DNA of 32,000 nt from Nitrososphaera viennensis EN76 (lineage in GTDB: Archaea; Thermoproteota; Nitrososphaeria; Nitrososphaerales; Nitrososphaeraceae). A program made the position numbers and the translations under genes. The stretch covers positions 1,260,001-1,292,000 of the forward strand of contig NZ_CP007536.1 in the NCBI RefSeq assembly GCF_000698785.1. Direction: 5' to 3'. Numbering within the stretch: the stretch's first letter is position 1; every line of letters starts with the position of its first letter. Positions 7,349-14,495 of this stretch are shown piece after piece. Under the pieces are notes generated by a model that had not been told where the DNA came from, made no database searches, and saw nothing but the letters and a program-made list of their open reading frames with translations.

Positions 7349-8242
7349 TCAGTGCGCGTGCCTGTGATCCTTTTCATGCGCGTGTGCGTGTACGTGCACC
7401 ACCACCCCATGTGAGTGCATGTGGTACTTTTTGCGCAGAAACGAGTACAGCGCAGATATGCCAAATGCGGCCGCTCCAAACAGCACAATCGTAGCGCCTG
7501 ACGCTGAGTCGAGGAAAAAGCTGGAATACATGCCGGCAAAGGCAGTAGCCGCGCCTATCGCGGTAGAAAGTGCAAGCATCTTTTGAAAGTTGTTTGTCAG
7601 CATCCTTGCAGAGATGGCCGGCGCAACTATGGCGGCCGCAAGCAAGGTCACGCCTATTGCAGACATTGACGCGATCACGACCGTGGCAAGGATGAACGAA
7701 AACGCCAGCTCCACTGTTTCCACCCGGATTCCATAGACCCGGGCCGTGTCCTTATCAAAGAGCGTAAAGAGCAGGCGCTTGTGGAAGAACGTGATGAACA
7801 GCGCCGTTGCGGCAGTGGCTATTGCTATCATGGCCACATCCTGGCCGGTTATCCCAAGTATGTTGCCAAAGAGTATCGATTCAAAGTCGCGTGTAAAGCT
7901 CCGGGTGGTGCTTATCAAGAGCACGCCGACTGCAAAGCCGGCTGTGGTGACGACGCCTATCGCCGCGTCGGCCTTGATCTTGCTCCTGCGGCTTATCTCG
8001 TTTATCGCAAACGCCGAGAGGAACCCCCACAGGGCGGCCCCAATGTACATGTTAAAGCTCAGGATATAGCTCACGACGGCGCCGCCAAACACCGCGTGCG
8101 ACATGCCATGCCCGATGTAGCTCATGCCGCGCAGGATTATGTAGACCCCAAGGAGCCCGCAGGAGCCCCCGACCATTATGGCGACCAGTATCCCCCGCGT
8201 GAAAAACTCGTATTGGAACGGCTGCAGCAGAAGGTCCATCAT
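7349..8242 (-). CDS. metal ABC transporter permease (ABC-3, ZnuB/TroC/MntB-like) with a His-rich C-terminal tail
   Basis: The track ORF extends to 8362, but that part overlaps the ATPase gene. ATG at 8242 (MMDLLLQPF...) lies 2 nt after the ATPase stop. The protein is polytopic. Its last 24 residues, HMHSHGVVVHVHAHAHEKDHRHAH, contain 10 His. Confidence 0.85.
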   Translation of the reverse strand: MMDLLLQPFQYEFFTRGILVAIMVGGSCGLLGVYIILRGMSYIGHGMSHAVFGGAVVSYILSFNMYIGAALWGFLSAFAINEISRRSKIKADAAIGVVTTAGFAVGVLLISTTRSFTRDFESILFGNILGITGQDVAMIAIATAATALFITFFHKRLLFTLFDKDTARVYGIRVETVELAFSFILATVVIASMSAIGVTLLAAAIVAPAISARMLTNNFQKMLALSTAIGAATAFAGMYSSFFLDSASGATIVLFGAAAFGISALYSFLRKKYHMHSHGVVVHVHAHAHEKDHRHAH

Positions 8243-8244
8243 CG

Positions 8245-8976
8245 TCAGCGTCCCCCCTCCGTGTCCACCACCAGCCCGTAGGTTGCAAGCAGGTTTTCGT
8301 TGGTCAGTATGTCGGCGGGCCGCCCCTGCGATATTATGCGCCTGTTCATGCACACGACCCACGGGAGCCGGCGCGCCACGCCCGAAATGTCGTGCGTGGT
8401 GAGGATCACCGTGACGCCCTTTTGGTTCAGCTCGCCAAGCACGCCAAGTATCGCCTCCCGGGTGGCGTGGTCGACGCCGGAGGTCGGCTCGTCAAGCACG
8501 AGTACGTCAGGGGAGCGGATCATCGCCCTTGCAAGAAAGACGCGCTGCTGCTCGCCCCCGGAAAGCTCGCTTATCTGCCGCGACGCGTAATCGCCTATGC
8601 CGAGGCTTTCAAGTACGCGCATTATCGCCTCGCCGGCGGCGCTTCCTATCCACGGGCCCCTGCCCGAGCTATTCCACACGCCCATCGACACGACCTCCTT
8701 GACGGTGACCGGGAAATTCCAGTCAACGCTTTCCACCTGCGGCACGTACCCTATTTTGCGCCCCCTTTCTAGGTCCACAGAGCCGTGCCACGGCTTGACA
8801 AGGCCGGCTATCACCTTCAAAAGCGTAGTCTTGCCCGAGCCGCTTGGCCCCAGGATGCCGACAAAGCTCCCTGCGGCTATGCTCAGGTTGACGCCCTCTA
8901 TCACCGGCCGGTTGTAAGAGTAGCCGTAGGTTACTTCCCCGAGCGTGACTGCGCCGGCCGCCTTCATTCCTGTCAC
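8245..8976 (-). CDS. metal ABC transporter ATP-binding protein (ZnuC/TroB-like)
   Basis: Walker A GPSGSGKTT, ABC signature LSGGEQQR and Walker B VLVLDEPTSGVD. The start overlaps the upstream SBP stop (ATGA). Confidence 0.92.
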   Translation of the reverse strand: MTGMKAAGAVTLGEVTYGYSYNRPVIEGVNLSIAAGSFVGILGPSGSGKTTLLKVIAGLVKPWHGSVDLERGRKIGYVPQVESVDWNFPVTVKEVVSMGVWNSSGRGPWIGSAAGEAIMRVLESLGIGDYASRQISELSGGEQQRVFLARAMIRSPDVLVLDEPTSGVDHATREAILGVLGELNQKGVTVILTTHDISGVARRLPWVVCMNRRIISQGRPADILTNENLLATYGLVVDTEGGR

Positions 8977-9995
8977 AAATCCCCCGTATACGTATCAGCA
9001 GGATCTATGTCTGAAAGCGCGTCGACGTTTCCGCCAAGTGGGACTATCATGTTGCGCATGTTTTCAAGCATCATGCCAACGTAGGTGTGTCCGGGCTCGC
9101 CGGCGTTGCCCGGCAGCGCGTCGTCCCGCAGCGTTTCTACGACCTGGACGTTGGCTTCCTTTGCTATCTGGTCGACCACCTTGCTCTGGAACACCTCGGA
9201 AGCAAATATTGCCGGCACTTTTTCCTGGCGTATCTGGTCGATTATGCTTGCCACCTCCTGCGGAGTCGGCTCGCCAAAGTCTGACGGCTGCACTGCCCCT
9301 ATCACCTTCATGCCGTAGCGGGGCGCAAAATAGGCCCACGAGTCGTGGTACGTGAGAAGCTTGCGTTGCTCGGCAGGGATCGTCTGTACAGACGCCATGA
9401 TGCCCTGGTCAAGCCTCTGGAGCAGCGCAAGGTACCTGTCCGCGTTGGCCCTGTAATAGTCTGCATTGCCAGGGTCCATCTCCACCAGCTTGTCGCGCAC
9501 AAGCTGCGCGTACTTTATGGCGTGGGCGACGTTGAGCCACAGGTGCGGGTTAGGATCGCCGCCCTCTTCAGGGAAGCTAAAGTCAAAGACCCACTGGTCG
9601 CGGGTTATGGTGCTGTCCGCCAGCCTCAAAATCTGGAGGTCTGGCTTGCCGGCAGCTTGTGCCACCCTTTCGATGTCGGTCTCCAGATGGAGGCCGTTTA
9701 TGATGACGAGGTCGGCTTTTCCGACGGCGATCGAGTCTGAGGGCGCAAGCTCAAAAGTATGGGAATTCACGCCTTCCGGCACAAGGCCGGTGAGCTGTAT
9801 CCTGTCGCCTCCAACATTTCTGACGATGTTTGTTATCGGCGCCACAGACGTGACAACTGCCAGCTTTTCGCTCTCCACGCTGGCAGGGGTAGGGACAGGG
9901 TTTGCGCCCGCAGACATGGCGGCCACCCCAATTATCGCCGCCACGACCACAATGGCCGCAATTATCCCTATTGCTTTAGCGTTTGCCAACTGCAA
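8973..9995 (-). CDS. metal-binding ABC substrate-binding protein (cluster A-I, TroA/ZnuA/PsaA family), membrane-anchored
   Basis: 340 aa with a TTG start and an N-terminal hydrophobic anchor. Family-typical ligand contexts are NSHTFE, NPHLWL, YHDSWAYF and LRDDALP. Metal specificity cannot be determined from the sequence. Confidence 0.88.
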   Translation of the reverse strand: MQLANAKAIGIIAAIVVVAAIIGVAAMSAGANPVPTPASVESEKLAVVTSVAPITNIVRNVGGDRIQLTGLVPEGVNSHTFELAPSDSIAVGKADLVIINGLHLETDIERVAQAAGKPDLQILRLADSTITRDQWVFDFSFPEEGGDPNPHLWLNVAHAIKYAQLVRDKLVEMDPGNADYYRANADRYLALLQRLDQGIMASVQTIPAEQRKLLTYHDSWAYFAPRYGMKVIGAVQPSDFGEPTPQEVASIIDQIRQEKVPAIFASEVFQSKVVDQIAKEANVQVVETLRDDALPGNAGEPGHTYVGMMLENMRNMIVPLGGNVDALSDIDPADTYTGDL

Positions 9996-10013
9996 ACGCC
10001 TCCACAGAAACTA

Positions 10014-10041
10014 GTATTACTGTATTGTATTTGCGTAATAC
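10014..10041. promoter_or_regulatory. NikR-operator-like palindrome GTATTAC-N14-GTAATAC (site A)
   Basis: Perfect 7-bp inverted repeat read directly. It is centred 32.5 nt upstream of the ABC operon start (9995). Confidence 0.5.
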
Positions 10042-10095
10042 CATATTCATCCCAACTGTTGCGCGAGGTAAGATAAAAAGTTTCTACAATTATCA

Positions 10096-10104
10096 GTAAA
10101 CTAC
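10096..10104 (-). promoter_or_regulatory. GTAGWTTAC motif copy (reads GTAGTTTAC on the minus strand)
   Basis: Exact 9-mer, about 105 nt upstream of the ABC operon start and in the same orientation as the operon. Confidence 0.3.
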
Positions 10105-10246
10105 CCAAGTTCACTTGGAAACGAATGTGTAGAATACACAACAGGATTCTGCCGACATCGGCTAAATACTCGCACTGAAAAACAGACGATTTGTGTGGAA
10201 GGGCGGCAAGCACGATATGGATTCTGGAAACAATAATGCAAAAAAC

Positions 10247-10403
10247 TACACTGTTAAGTTGGCTGCGCATTTTGCCCTTTTTATTCGGATGTTAAGTTAC
10301 GGATGGTTTTTTGGCATGGTGAACACCTGTACGTCGCACAATATCACCCGCAAGTTAACGCCTGGCAGAAAAGATGGAAATCAGCAGCCAACTTAACAGT
10401 GTA
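10247..10403. mobile_element. MITE-like non-autonomous element (157 bp) with 20-bp perfect terminal inverted repeats and an 8-bp flanking duplication
   Basis: TIR TACACTGTTAAGTTGGCTGC at 10247..10266 has its exact reverse complement at 10384..10403. CAAAAAAC lies immediately outside both ends (10239..10246 and 10404..10411). There is no ORF inside. Confidence 0.55.
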
Positions 10404-10525
10404 CAAAAAACGGTACTGTTAACTTATCGTTGGCTACACTTCCACTTCATAATTTTATTAGTAGATGATAAGTTAACGTACCAATTACCGACATATTTTT
10501 TAGGAACGCAAGCCTATGTCAACTA

Positions 10526-10553
10526 GTATTACTTTACTTGAAATAAGTAATAC
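10526..10553. promoter_or_regulatory. NikR-operator-like palindrome GTATTAC-N14-GTAATAC (site B)
   Basis: Perfect 7-bp inverted repeat. It shares the 13-mer AACTAGTATTACT with site A and is centred 37.5 nt upstream of ATG 10577. Confidence 0.5.
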
Positions 10554-10576
10554 GAAAAGAGAATGTATGGAAATTG

Positions 10577-10789
10577 ATGCTCGACAAAAGCAAAAAGGCT
10601 ATCCGTGTCCTGATAATAATCATCGCGTCGATCACGCTGATTGTAATGGTATTTGGATATATTTCTACACAACATAACGTCTTGATAAGAGGTACCAATT
10701 CGCCAACAAGTGCTCCTACTAAACTCTGTGATAGCATACTATCTCTTCCATGCTTCGACAACCAGTCTCGTCAACAGTATAGAAGATGA
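10577..10789 (+). CDS. candidate small membrane protein (70 aa)
   Basis: Track ORF (TTG 10574 or ATG 10577) with one clear hydrophobic helix (AIRVLIIIIASITLIVMVFGYI). Support comes mainly from operator-like site B lying at the same distance as in the other sites. The region is AT-rich, so it could be spurious. Confidence 0.3.
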   Translation: MLDKSKKAIRVLIIIIASITLIVMVFGYISTQHNVLIRGTNSPTSAPTKLCDSILSLPCFDNQSRQQYRR

Positions 10790-10959
10790 CCTTCAACTCA
10801 TTTTCTTGCCTTCAGACGAACCTAGGTGTACGGTAGAGCCTGTGCGTGTCCATGTGTGTATTATATGCGATCATCCGGAAGATAGAAAAATCGAAAACGA
10901 ATAGTATGCTACTCTATGCTACAACACATTATCACACGTATCTAACAATACATGTGTCT

Positions 10960-11370
10960 CTACTTATCTTGGAAGGAGCGGCGAAATCCATTCATCGTGG
11001 AACTTCTTGTAGTCTTTGTATAGGCAGGCGAATGAAACGAAGGATCTTTCAGAGAACTAAAATCATATACTTCGTAGGATTGAATAATATCTCCAAACAG
11101 GTTTCTGCAGATGTCACTCTCTTCATCGGCTATTTCCTCTGATTCAAACGACTGAATAGATATCCAATCATATCTACCTTTTGTGCGCCCAGAAAACAAC
11201 ACAAAAGGAGCATCAACAAGGTATTTTTTCAAACTTTCGATCCTCATCGGAAGATGTTGCGATGTTCTAAATATTATAAGAACAACCCGTATTACGTGTT
11301 TTCGAATTTCCTTTCTCCTTTTTGCGGGCTCCGCCACCATATCGACAAAAATGTCTTTGCTGTCTCCCAT
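10960..11370 (-). CDS. hypothetical protein (136 aa)
   Basis: Longest ORF in the AT-rich islet, with an ATG start. Operator-like site C is centred 37.5 nt upstream. No family recognised. Confidence 0.45.
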   Translation of the reverse strand: MGDSKDIFVDMVAEPAKRRKEIRKHVIRVVLIIFRTSQHLPMRIESLKKYLVDAPFVLFSGRTKGRYDWISIQSFESEEIADEESDICRNLFGDIIQSYEVYDFSSLKDPSFHSPAYTKTTRSSTMNGFRRSFQDK

Positions 11371-11391
11371 TATGACAAGAAGGATTATTTG

Positions 11392-11423
11392 TAGTAATAA
11401 GTTTTACCATAAAAGTATTACTA
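11392..11423. promoter_or_regulatory. NikR-operator-like palindrome TAGTAATA-N16-TATTACTA (site C)
   Basis: Perfect 8-bp inverted repeat. It has the same 28-bp core geometry as sites A, B and D (GTAATAa-N14-GTATTAC at 11394..11421). Confidence 0.45.
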
Positions 11424-11558
11424 GATATAAAGTGTAAAAAGATCAGAGGATCACCCGAGCATATCTATGCCAGCAAGTAGCATTTCACAATGCATCAATC
11501 AACATAAAATGTCAAAATGTGAAGCCTTATCGGTGCCCAAACCATGTGTTTTGTCGTT

Positions 11559-12005
11559 TCAGACAACCGAGACAAAATGCACTTTCAGGCTTTTTATCCC
11601 GCGGTTTTCAGACAGCTTTTTGGCAAGCTCCTTTATCCGCCTTATTTCTCCCTTCACCATCACCGTCTCGAGGCAGTTGTCGTGGTCAAGGTGCAGATGG
11701 GTCGAGGCGCTGATGATATCGCTGTAGTGGTGCTGTACGTGCGTAGACTCTGAATCGTGGTTGTACGCATGGTTGTCGTACAGCATCATTATCGCGCCTG
11801 CGCCGTTGCGGCTGTCTTCGCCCTTGTCCCAGTCATACTGGGCTATAAACGAGTGCAGAGCAGTCTGTATGGCCTTGGACCTGTCTGAAAAACCGGCGCT
11901 CTTCATAGACTTGTCAAATTCCGACAGCAGGTCTGGCGAGAGGGACATGCTGATGCGCTCGACTGGCTCTTTTTTCCGGTGCTTGTGCGAATGGCGCTTT
12001 GACAA
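11559..12005 (-). CDS. nikR: nickel-responsive transcriptional regulator NikR
   Basis: 148 aa. The RHH N-domain (ERISMSLSPDLLSEFDK...RSKAIQTAL) is followed by a C-terminal metal-binding domain, HVQHHYSDIISASTHLHLDHDNCLE. That matches the E. coli NikR His/His/His/Cys ligand region (QHHHH...LHVHINHDDCLE). TTG at 12005 is the only start that keeps the RHH strand, and it adds a His-rich N-terminus (KRHSHKHRKK). Confidence 0.9.
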   Translation of the reverse strand: MSKRHSHKHRKKEPVERISMSLSPDLLSEFDKSMKSAGFSDRSKAIQTALHSFIAQYDWDKGEDSRNGAGAIMMLYDNHAYNHDSESTHVQHHYSDIISASTHLHLDHDNCLETVMVKGEIRRIKELAKKLSENRGIKSLKVHFVSVV

Positions 12006-12047
12006 GTGCTTTTAATATAGTGGCAAGCAATTTAAAAGTTTAAAAAG

Positions 12048-12077
12048 AGTAATACTTTTTAGCTAAAATTTATTACT
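12048..12077. promoter_or_regulatory. NikR-operator-like palindrome AGTAATA-N16-TATTACT (site D)
   Basis: Perfect 7-bp inverted repeat in the nikR upstream region. It is centred 57.5 nt from the nikR TTG and 36.5 nt from the divergent ATG at 12099. Confidence 0.5.
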
Positions 12078-12098
12078 AAGCTGTGCATCTACAATTGC

Positions 12099-12266
12099 AT
12101 GACACTTGAACCGGTTATTGTCAAGCTTGCCAGAAGAAGAAAAGAGATCGCACGGATGGGCATGTATAGAGACGAAAAGTACGTGTTTTCCAAGGCGCCC
12201 GACTCTGATCCTGTAGGGCTTCTTCTGAAAGAGGCTAGAAAGAATATTCTTCCTTCTTCTTCCTAA
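12099..12266 (+). CDS. candidate small protein (55 aa), divergent from nikR
   Basis: Below the track cutoff and translated by hand: MTLEPVIVKLARRRKEIARMGMYRDEKYVFSKAPDSDPVGLLLKEARKNILPSSSS*. GC rises at its start. Site D sits at the same distance from its ATG as sites B and C do from theirs. The 3' end overlaps the thermosome stop by 4 nt. Confidence 0.3.
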   Translation: MTLEPVIVKLARRRKEIARMGMYRDEKYVFSKAPDSDPVGLLLKEARKNILPSSS

Positions 12267-13978
12267 TAGTAGTGGTGCATGGGGCGCTGCTGCTTGCCCA
12301 GCTTGTCAAAGTGGTCGTGCACCTGCTTGCCGCCGCGGTGCGAATGAGTCGTGCCGTCAGAGTGAGTGTGGGTATAGTAGGCAGGCTTGGCCATCACCAC
12401 ATCATCGACGCGCAAGAGCAGGTCGGCAACTTCGGCTGCTGCAGTCATCACCTGCTCCTTGACTGCAAGTGGCTCTATGACGCCAAGCGCAAGCATGTCC
12501 TGCACCCTGCGCTCCAGCGCGTTTATGCCGCACCAGCCGCCTCCCTTTCCTTTTTCCTTGGTGCCGGCAGCGCGCAGCTGCGCCTGCACGTCAATGACAT
12601 CCATGCCGGCGTTTGCCGCAATTGTCAGCGGGATCTCTTCAAGCGCGTCTGCAAACTTTAGGATCGCAAGCTGCTCCCTGCCCTCCACTGTCAGGGCGCT
12701 TTCCCTCACTGCCCTTGCGGCAAGGGCCTCTGCGGCGCCTCCACCTGCAACCACGGACGGGCTTGCGACAAAGTCGCGCAGAACGTTCAGTGCGTCAAGG
12801 ATGGAGCGGTGGAACTCGTCAAGAACCTTGGCAGAGCCGGCGCGCAGGAGTATTGTGACAGAGCGCGGGTTTCTGCATTCTTCCACAAAGACCATCCTGT
12901 CATCGCCCACAAACCTTTCGCAGACTCTGCCAGCGTAGCCAAGGTCAGACTGTGAAATGCTGTCAAGGTCTCTTGTTATTTTTGCGCCCGTGGCTTTTTC
13001 CAGCCACCACAGGTCGTTTTCCTTTACCCTGCGCACAGACATGATGCCGGCATGCGCAAGCATGGTCTGCGCAAGCGTGTTGATGCCTCCGCGCGATATC
13101 ACGACGTTTGCGCCCGAGTCGATTATGGTCTGCACCTTTCGTCGCAGCTCAAAGGCCTGCTCGTCAAGGTACGCCCTGATCTGCGCAGGGAGCGTGATCC
13201 CGATCTCCGCGTCGGCGCGCGTGTTCTTTTTGCTGTCAAGGTCATAGTCGATGAGCAGGATTTTTGCATTGTCAATTGACTTGGGCATCGACGAGCTGTC
13301 GACAGTCTTGTCGATGACGATGCCGGCGACAAGCTGCGTGTCTTGTACGCTGCCGGGCTTTTGCTCCATCTTGACGTCGTCGATTTCCAGCCTGCCGGAT
13401 GCAGGATCGGAAACAACTGCCATTACTGCGTCAACCACCAGCCTTGCGATGCGCTCCTTTTCCATGCAGGACGAAATCGCCTTTGACTCCAGGCACGTCG
13501 TGGCGAGGCGCTCCATCGTCTTTCTGTCAGAATTATTTGCGTGCTTTATCGCGTGCGACAAGAGGGCGTCCATCGCGGTGGCAAGGGCCCGGCGGTAGCC
13601 GTCAGAGATGGTTGCAGGGAGAACGCCAAGCTCGAGAAGCTCCTCTGCCCTTGCCACAAGGGCGCCCGCAAGGACAACCACAGAAGTGGTGCCGTCGCCC
13701 ACCGCGTTGTCGACTGCGGTTGAAGCCTCGATGAGCACCTTTGCCGCCGGGTGCTCGACGTCAATCTTGCGCAGGAGCGTCGCGCCGTCCTTTGTCAGCG
13801 TCACCTCTCCCATGATGTCGACGAACACCTTGTCCATGCCCCGGGGACCAAGCAGCCCCTTGACCATCTCTGAGATGAGCCTGGCCGCAAGCATGTTGTA
13901 CCTGCGCGCTTCGCCCCCGCTCGTCCTTTTTACTCCTTCGCCAAACAGCTCTTGGCCTTTTGGCTGCGCGGCCATCAT
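12263..13978 (-). CDS. ths: thermosome subunit (group II chaperonin, Cpn60/TCP-1 family) with an atypical His-rich C-terminal tail
   Basis: 571 aa. Hallmark motifs are LGPRGMDK, GDGTTS, VAGGGAAE and IDVEHPAAK. The last 38 aa, YYTHTHSDGTTHSHRGGKQVHDHFDKLGKQQRPMHHYY, contain 8 His in place of the usual Gly/Met-rich tail. Confidence 0.95.
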   Translation of the reverse strand: MMAAQPKGQELFGEGVKRTSGGEARRYNMLAARLISEMVKGLLGPRGMDKVFVDIMGEVTLTKDGATLLRKIDVEHPAAKVLIEASTAVDNAVGDGTTSVVVLAGALVARAEELLELGVLPATISDGYRRALATAMDALLSHAIKHANNSDRKTMERLATTCLESKAISSCMEKERIARLVVDAVMAVVSDPASGRLEIDDVKMEQKPGSVQDTQLVAGIVIDKTVDSSSMPKSIDNAKILLIDYDLDSKKNTRADAEIGITLPAQIRAYLDEQAFELRRKVQTIIDSGANVVISRGGINTLAQTMLAHAGIMSVRRVKENDLWWLEKATGAKITRDLDSISQSDLGYAGRVCERFVGDDRMVFVEECRNPRSVTILLRAGSAKVLDEFHRSILDALNVLRDFVASPSVVAGGGAAEALAARAVRESALTVEGREQLAILKFADALEEIPLTIAANAGMDVIDVQAQLRAAGTKEKGKGGGWCGINALERRVQDMLALGVIEPLAVKEQVMTAAAEVADLLLRVDDVVMAKPAYYTHTHSDGTTHSHRGGKQVHDHFDKLGKQQRPMHHYY

Positions 13979-14124
13979 CTAACGCACAAGCCTCCTTCGC
14001 AGTCACTTGATCGGGCGGCAAAACCAAGTGATGACGGCATATATGCCTAGGATGTGGCTCTCCTTTGTATTTATGCAGTTCTCGCCGGTCTGTATAATAC
14101 GAAACCGTGTGCGCAAACGCGCAA

Positions 14125-14133
14125 GTAGTTTAC
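14125..14133 (+). promoter_or_regulatory. GTAGWTTAC motif copy (GTAGTTTACGCAT)
   Basis: Exact 9-mer centred about 55 nt upstream of the ureA ATG, just upstream of the TATA-like CATAAATAC. Confidence 0.4.
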
Positions 14134-14183
14134 GCATAGCATGGCACCAATCATAAATACAGGGCCCATAATTTGTAAATGAA

Positions 14184-14486
14184 ATGATGCTTGCTCCACG
14201 GGAGATAGACAAGCTGTACATTTTCATGGCCGCAGAGGTGGCGCGAAAAAGGCGTGCAAGGGGACTAAAGCTGAACTACCCAGAGGCGGTGGCGCTCATT
14301 TGCGACCACATTGTAGAAGGGGCACGCGACGGCAGGTCGGTGCCAGAGCTTATGAGCTCCGGCAGGCAGGTGCTTTCAAGGAGCGACGTCCTCCCCGGAG
14401 TGCCAGAGCTTGTCAAACAGGTGCAGGTAGAAGCGACGTTTGAGGATGGCACGAAACTTGTGACAGTGCACAACCCCATAGTGTGA
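14184..14486 (+). CDS. ureA: urease subunit gamma
   Basis: 100 aa with a canonical UreA sequence ([12 protein letters not shown]...[12 protein letters not shown]). Confidence 0.97.
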   Translation: MMLAPREIDKLYIFMAAEVARKRRARGLKLNYPEAVALICDHIVEGARDGRSVPELMSSGRQVLSRSDVLPGVPELVKQVQVEATFEDGTKLVTVHNPIV

Positions 14487-14495
14487 TCCCTCGAC

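Noticed and set aside
8243-8362. N-terminal 40-codon extension of the ABC permease ORF
   Set aside because: It overlaps the 3' end of the ATPase gene and reads as non-membrane junk (MGRVHEQAHNIAGAARRHTDQRKP...). ATG at 8242, 2 nt after the ATPase stop, gives a normal permease N-terminus.
13979-14183. Searched the ureA-thermosome intergenic region for a NikR-type GTAWTA-N16-TAWTAC site
   Set aside because: Only an isolated TAATAC (14095..14100) is present, with no partner half-site at the required spacing. Direct NikR control of ureABC is not supported by the sequence.
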